From: a virus | Lineage: Duplodnaviria > Heunggongvirae > Uroviricota > Caudoviricetes | Strand: one strand, 5' to 3' | Virus record (IMG/VR): IMGVR_UViG_2703718848_000021 | Span: 1 to 13,276 of that record | Length of the DNA: 13,276 nt | In this document: positions 1 to 13,276 of the stretch, in pieces | Position numbering within the stretch: position 1 is the stretch's first letter | How the letters are laid out: every line of letters starts with the position of its first letter | Translations under genes and position numbers: made by a program | The notes under the pieces: model-generated | The model's database searches: none | What the model was told of the DNA's origin: nothing | The model's input: the letters and a program-made list of their open reading frames with translations, nothing else

Positions 1-204
1 CTAGATCAACGTAGTGATGATCTCGGCTATGTGTTCAAGTGGGATTGGTGCCAAAATAACACCATTTGCTGCCAGTAGTGGAACCGCTACATAATTATAA
101 ATGAGAACGCCAAAGGTGATTGAAGCAATCGCAGTAGTTTTCCATTTAATTTTTACATCTTCGCCATCTTCTTTAATGAAGGCTTTTTTAGTTAGCTCTA
201 TCAT
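1..204 (-). CDS. hypothetical membrane protein, C-terminally truncated by the window edge
   Basis: Minus-strand ORF open to position 1. ATG at 202-204 has an AAGGA SD (213-217) 8 nt upstream; the track start at 246 is TTG with ATG at 241-243 and no SD. Charged K/E-rich N-terminus followed by hydrophobic segments (TTAIASITFGVLIYNYVAVPLLAANGVILAPIPL). True start ambiguous, see 188..307. Confidence 0.4.
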   Translation of the reverse strand: MIELTKKAFIKEDGEDVKIKWKTTAIASITFGVLIYNYVAVPLLAANGVILAPIPLEHIAEIITTLI

Positions 205-307
205 CTTTTTTATCCTTATCTTTTTTATTATCGGTTGCTTCATCAATTTTTTTAGTTATGAAGTATTGAAGACTTTGTACTAGCACAACTTTTAACATAC
301 TAAACAT
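188..307 (-). CDS. small ORF (39 aa), or the N-terminal segment of the downstream membrane protein gene
   Basis: Hand-translated: ATG at 305-307 with SD formed by the TAAGGA that includes the stop of the upstream 106-aa gene (313-320). Translation MFSMLKVVLVQSLQYFITKKIDEATDNKKDKDKKDDRAN, stop at 188-190. Not in the ORF track (short). Confidence 0.25.
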   Translation of the reverse strand: MFSMLKVVLVQSLQYFITKKIDEATDNKKDKDKKDDRAN

Positions 308-317
308 ATACACATCC

Positions 318-2144
<1,827 letters not shown>

Positions 2145-2181
2145 AAAAGAAAGGGAAGCCAACAATGGTTTCCCTTTTTTA
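2145..2181. terminator. bidirectional rho-independent terminator shared by the lysozyme gene and the tail operon
   Basis: Stem 2150-2157 (aaagggaa) pairs with 2170-2177 (ttcccttt), extendable by cc/gg in the loop; A-run 2141-2148 upstream and T-run 2175-2180 downstream give a U-tract on either strand. Sits between the two convergent stop codons (2142-2144 and 2182-2184). Confidence 0.7.
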
Positions 2182-2427
2182 TTATTTTGATACTACATTT
2201 AGAACACGCTTTAAATCTGACTTGATATCTGTTAATTCATTATGAATTCTCATCAACTCATTTACATCATCTTCTAACATTTCTGTACGTGCTTCTAATG
2301 CTTCTAACTTCACTTCTAACTGCTTGATACGACTTTCTAGCTGTACCGCTTCTCGTCGTTTAATTACGGCATAACGCACCATAAAAGTAAACAACGTAGC
2401 GAATATACCGACTAATGTCAGATCCAT
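2182..2427 (-). CDS. small membrane-anchored coiled-coil protein (function unknown; possible lysis or fibre accessory protein)
   Basis: Track ORF starts with GTG at 2433; ATG at 2425-2427 has an AAGGA SD 7 nt upstream. N-terminal hydrophobic helix (LTLVGIFATLFTFMV) followed by RYAVIKRR and a heptad-rich charged region. Last gene before the terminator. Confidence 0.5.
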   Translation of the reverse strand: MDLTLVGIFATLFTFMVRYAVIKRREAVQLESRIKQLEVKLEALEARTEMLEDDVNELMRIHNELTDIKSDLKRVLNVVSK

Positions 2428-2459
2428 ACACACATCCTTATTTAATTTATTATAATAAT

Positions 2460-2481
2460 ATGCGGTAAAATATCACCGCAT
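2460..2481 (-). promoter_or_regulatory. stem-loop immediately downstream of the J-like gene
   Basis: atgcggt (2460-2466) pairs with accgcat (2475-2481), 8-nt loop; 7 nt after the J-like stop (2488-2490) on the minus strand, followed by an A/U-rich stretch and the SD of the next gene. Confidence 0.3.
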
Positions 2482-2487
2482 TATTAT

Positions 2488-9820
<7,333 letters not shown>

Positions 9821-9833
9821 CGAACCAGCCTGA

Positions 9834-10931
<1,098 letters not shown>

Positions 10932-10955
10932 TTGATTAATTCCTTATAGTGAAAC

Positions 10956-10972
10956 GGGGGAATAGATCCCCC
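10956..10972 (-). promoter_or_regulatory. GC-rich stem-loop downstream of the major tail gene (possible attenuator)
   Basis: ggggga (10956-10961) pairs with tccccc (10967-10972), 5-nt loop; minus strand reads GGGGGATCTATTCCCCC then GTTTCAC, 19 nt after the major tail stop and upstream of the G-gene SD. Confidence 0.3.
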
Positions 10973-10991
10973 TAAGTAAAAGTATTTATAA

Positions 10992-11444
10992 TTATTCTAC
11001 TAGACCAGTAGCTATTGGACCACCATCTACAGCGAGAACGAATTCACGGGTAACTACTGCATCTTTATCGCCACCAGTGGTAGAAGAAGAAATAAATGCA
11101 TTATAGATAGCATAATAACCTTCTGTGTGCGTACCGTCGGTGTAATAAGTGATCTTGTACTGAGCACGTTTTTGATCTTCGGCTAGTTGCAAGAGCTTGA
11201 TATGGGTAAGATTGTCCAGGAGATAGTTCACGGTTAGTGGAATATCACCTACAGATTTAGTGCCAAGGATTTTTCGATTATACACACTGTTAAATGTCAC
11301 AACGTCCACCACGACGCTTTCTGCACCCATAGTTGGGAATGCACCTAGTTCTGGGATAATTTCAAAATCAGTTGCAGGAGTGGTAGAACCTGCGGTATAT
11401 GTGCCAACTTCAACGGTAACGTTGGCCCCGTGCAAATATATCAA
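10992..11444 (-). CDS. major tail (tube) protein
   Basis: 150-aa ORF immediately upstream of the G/GT pair; size fits small siphovirus tail tube proteins. Call is mainly by synteny. Start unclear: the track start is TTG, 13 nt from the SD; an ATG with ideal SD spacing sits at 11449-11451 in the +1 frame. Confidence 0.65.
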   Translation of the reverse strand: MIYLHGANVTVEVGTYTAGSTTPATDFEIIPELGAFPTMGAESVVVDVVTFNSVYNRKILGTKSVGDIPLTVNYLLDNLTHIKLLQLAEDQKRAQYKITYYTDGTHTEGYYAIYNAFISSSTTGGDKDAVVTREFVLAVDGGPIATGLVE

Positions 11445-11487
11445 ATGCCATTTTTATTTCCTTATATAGATTTAAGTTATTAAGTAA

Positions 11488-11514
11488 ACGGGTACGTATA
11501 CATCATGTACCCGT
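11488..11514 (-). promoter_or_regulatory. stem-loop between the tail fibre and major tail genes
   Basis: acgggtac (11488-11495) pairs with gtacccgt (11507-11514), 11-nt loop; 10 nt after the tail fibre stop on the minus strand, followed by TTTACTT. Confidence 0.3.
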
Positions 11515-11524
11515 GTATATTTAT

Positions 11525-13276
<1,752 letters not shown>

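Noticed and set aside
101-283. Plus-strand ORF (60 aa) in the left operon region
   Set aside because: Lies antisense to minus-strand coding sequence, has no SD, and its Phe/Ile/Leu-rich translation is what a T-rich antisense strand produces. The same applies to plus-strand ORFs 483..713 and 1118..1462.
2182-2427. Calling the small TM plus coiled-coil protein an i-spanin (Rz-like)
   Set aside because: The KRR directly after the single helix predicts a cytoplasmic coiled coil, opposite to i-spanin topology, and no overlapping o-spanin lipoprotein ORF (lipobox Cys) is visible. Left as function unknown.
10983-10990. TATAAATA on the minus strand, resembling a T4 late promoter
   Set aside because: A single 8-mer in AT-rich DNA is expected by chance, and nothing else here indicates T4-type late transcription.

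Overview
AT-rich window dominated by a lambda-like (siphovirus-type) tail module on the minus strand, read from high to low coordinates: a tail fibre with a C-terminal S74-type intramolecular chaperone domain (runs off the right edge), a small major tail protein, a G/GT tail assembly chaperone pair with a canonical -1 slippery site, a tape measure protein, M-like and L-like minor tail proteins, two small ORFs at the K/I position, a ~1150-aa J-like host specificity protein, and a small membrane-anchored coiled-coil protein. A T4-type lysozyme (GH24) lies alone on the plus strand, converging on the tail operon at a shared bidirectional terminator. Left of it, a divergently transcribed, translationally coupled minus-strand operon of small proteins with no recognisable function runs off the left edge. 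The main anomaly: the tape measure and J-like genes are each split across two frames, and three other genes show the same +1 break, every one repairable by removing one base from a homopolymer; this points to indel errors or a decaying element. All homology calls are from reading the translations against remembered family sequences (lambda J/I/L/M, T4 lysozyme, S74 domain); no database search was run. No tRNA, rRNA, CRISPR array, integrase or att site was seen.
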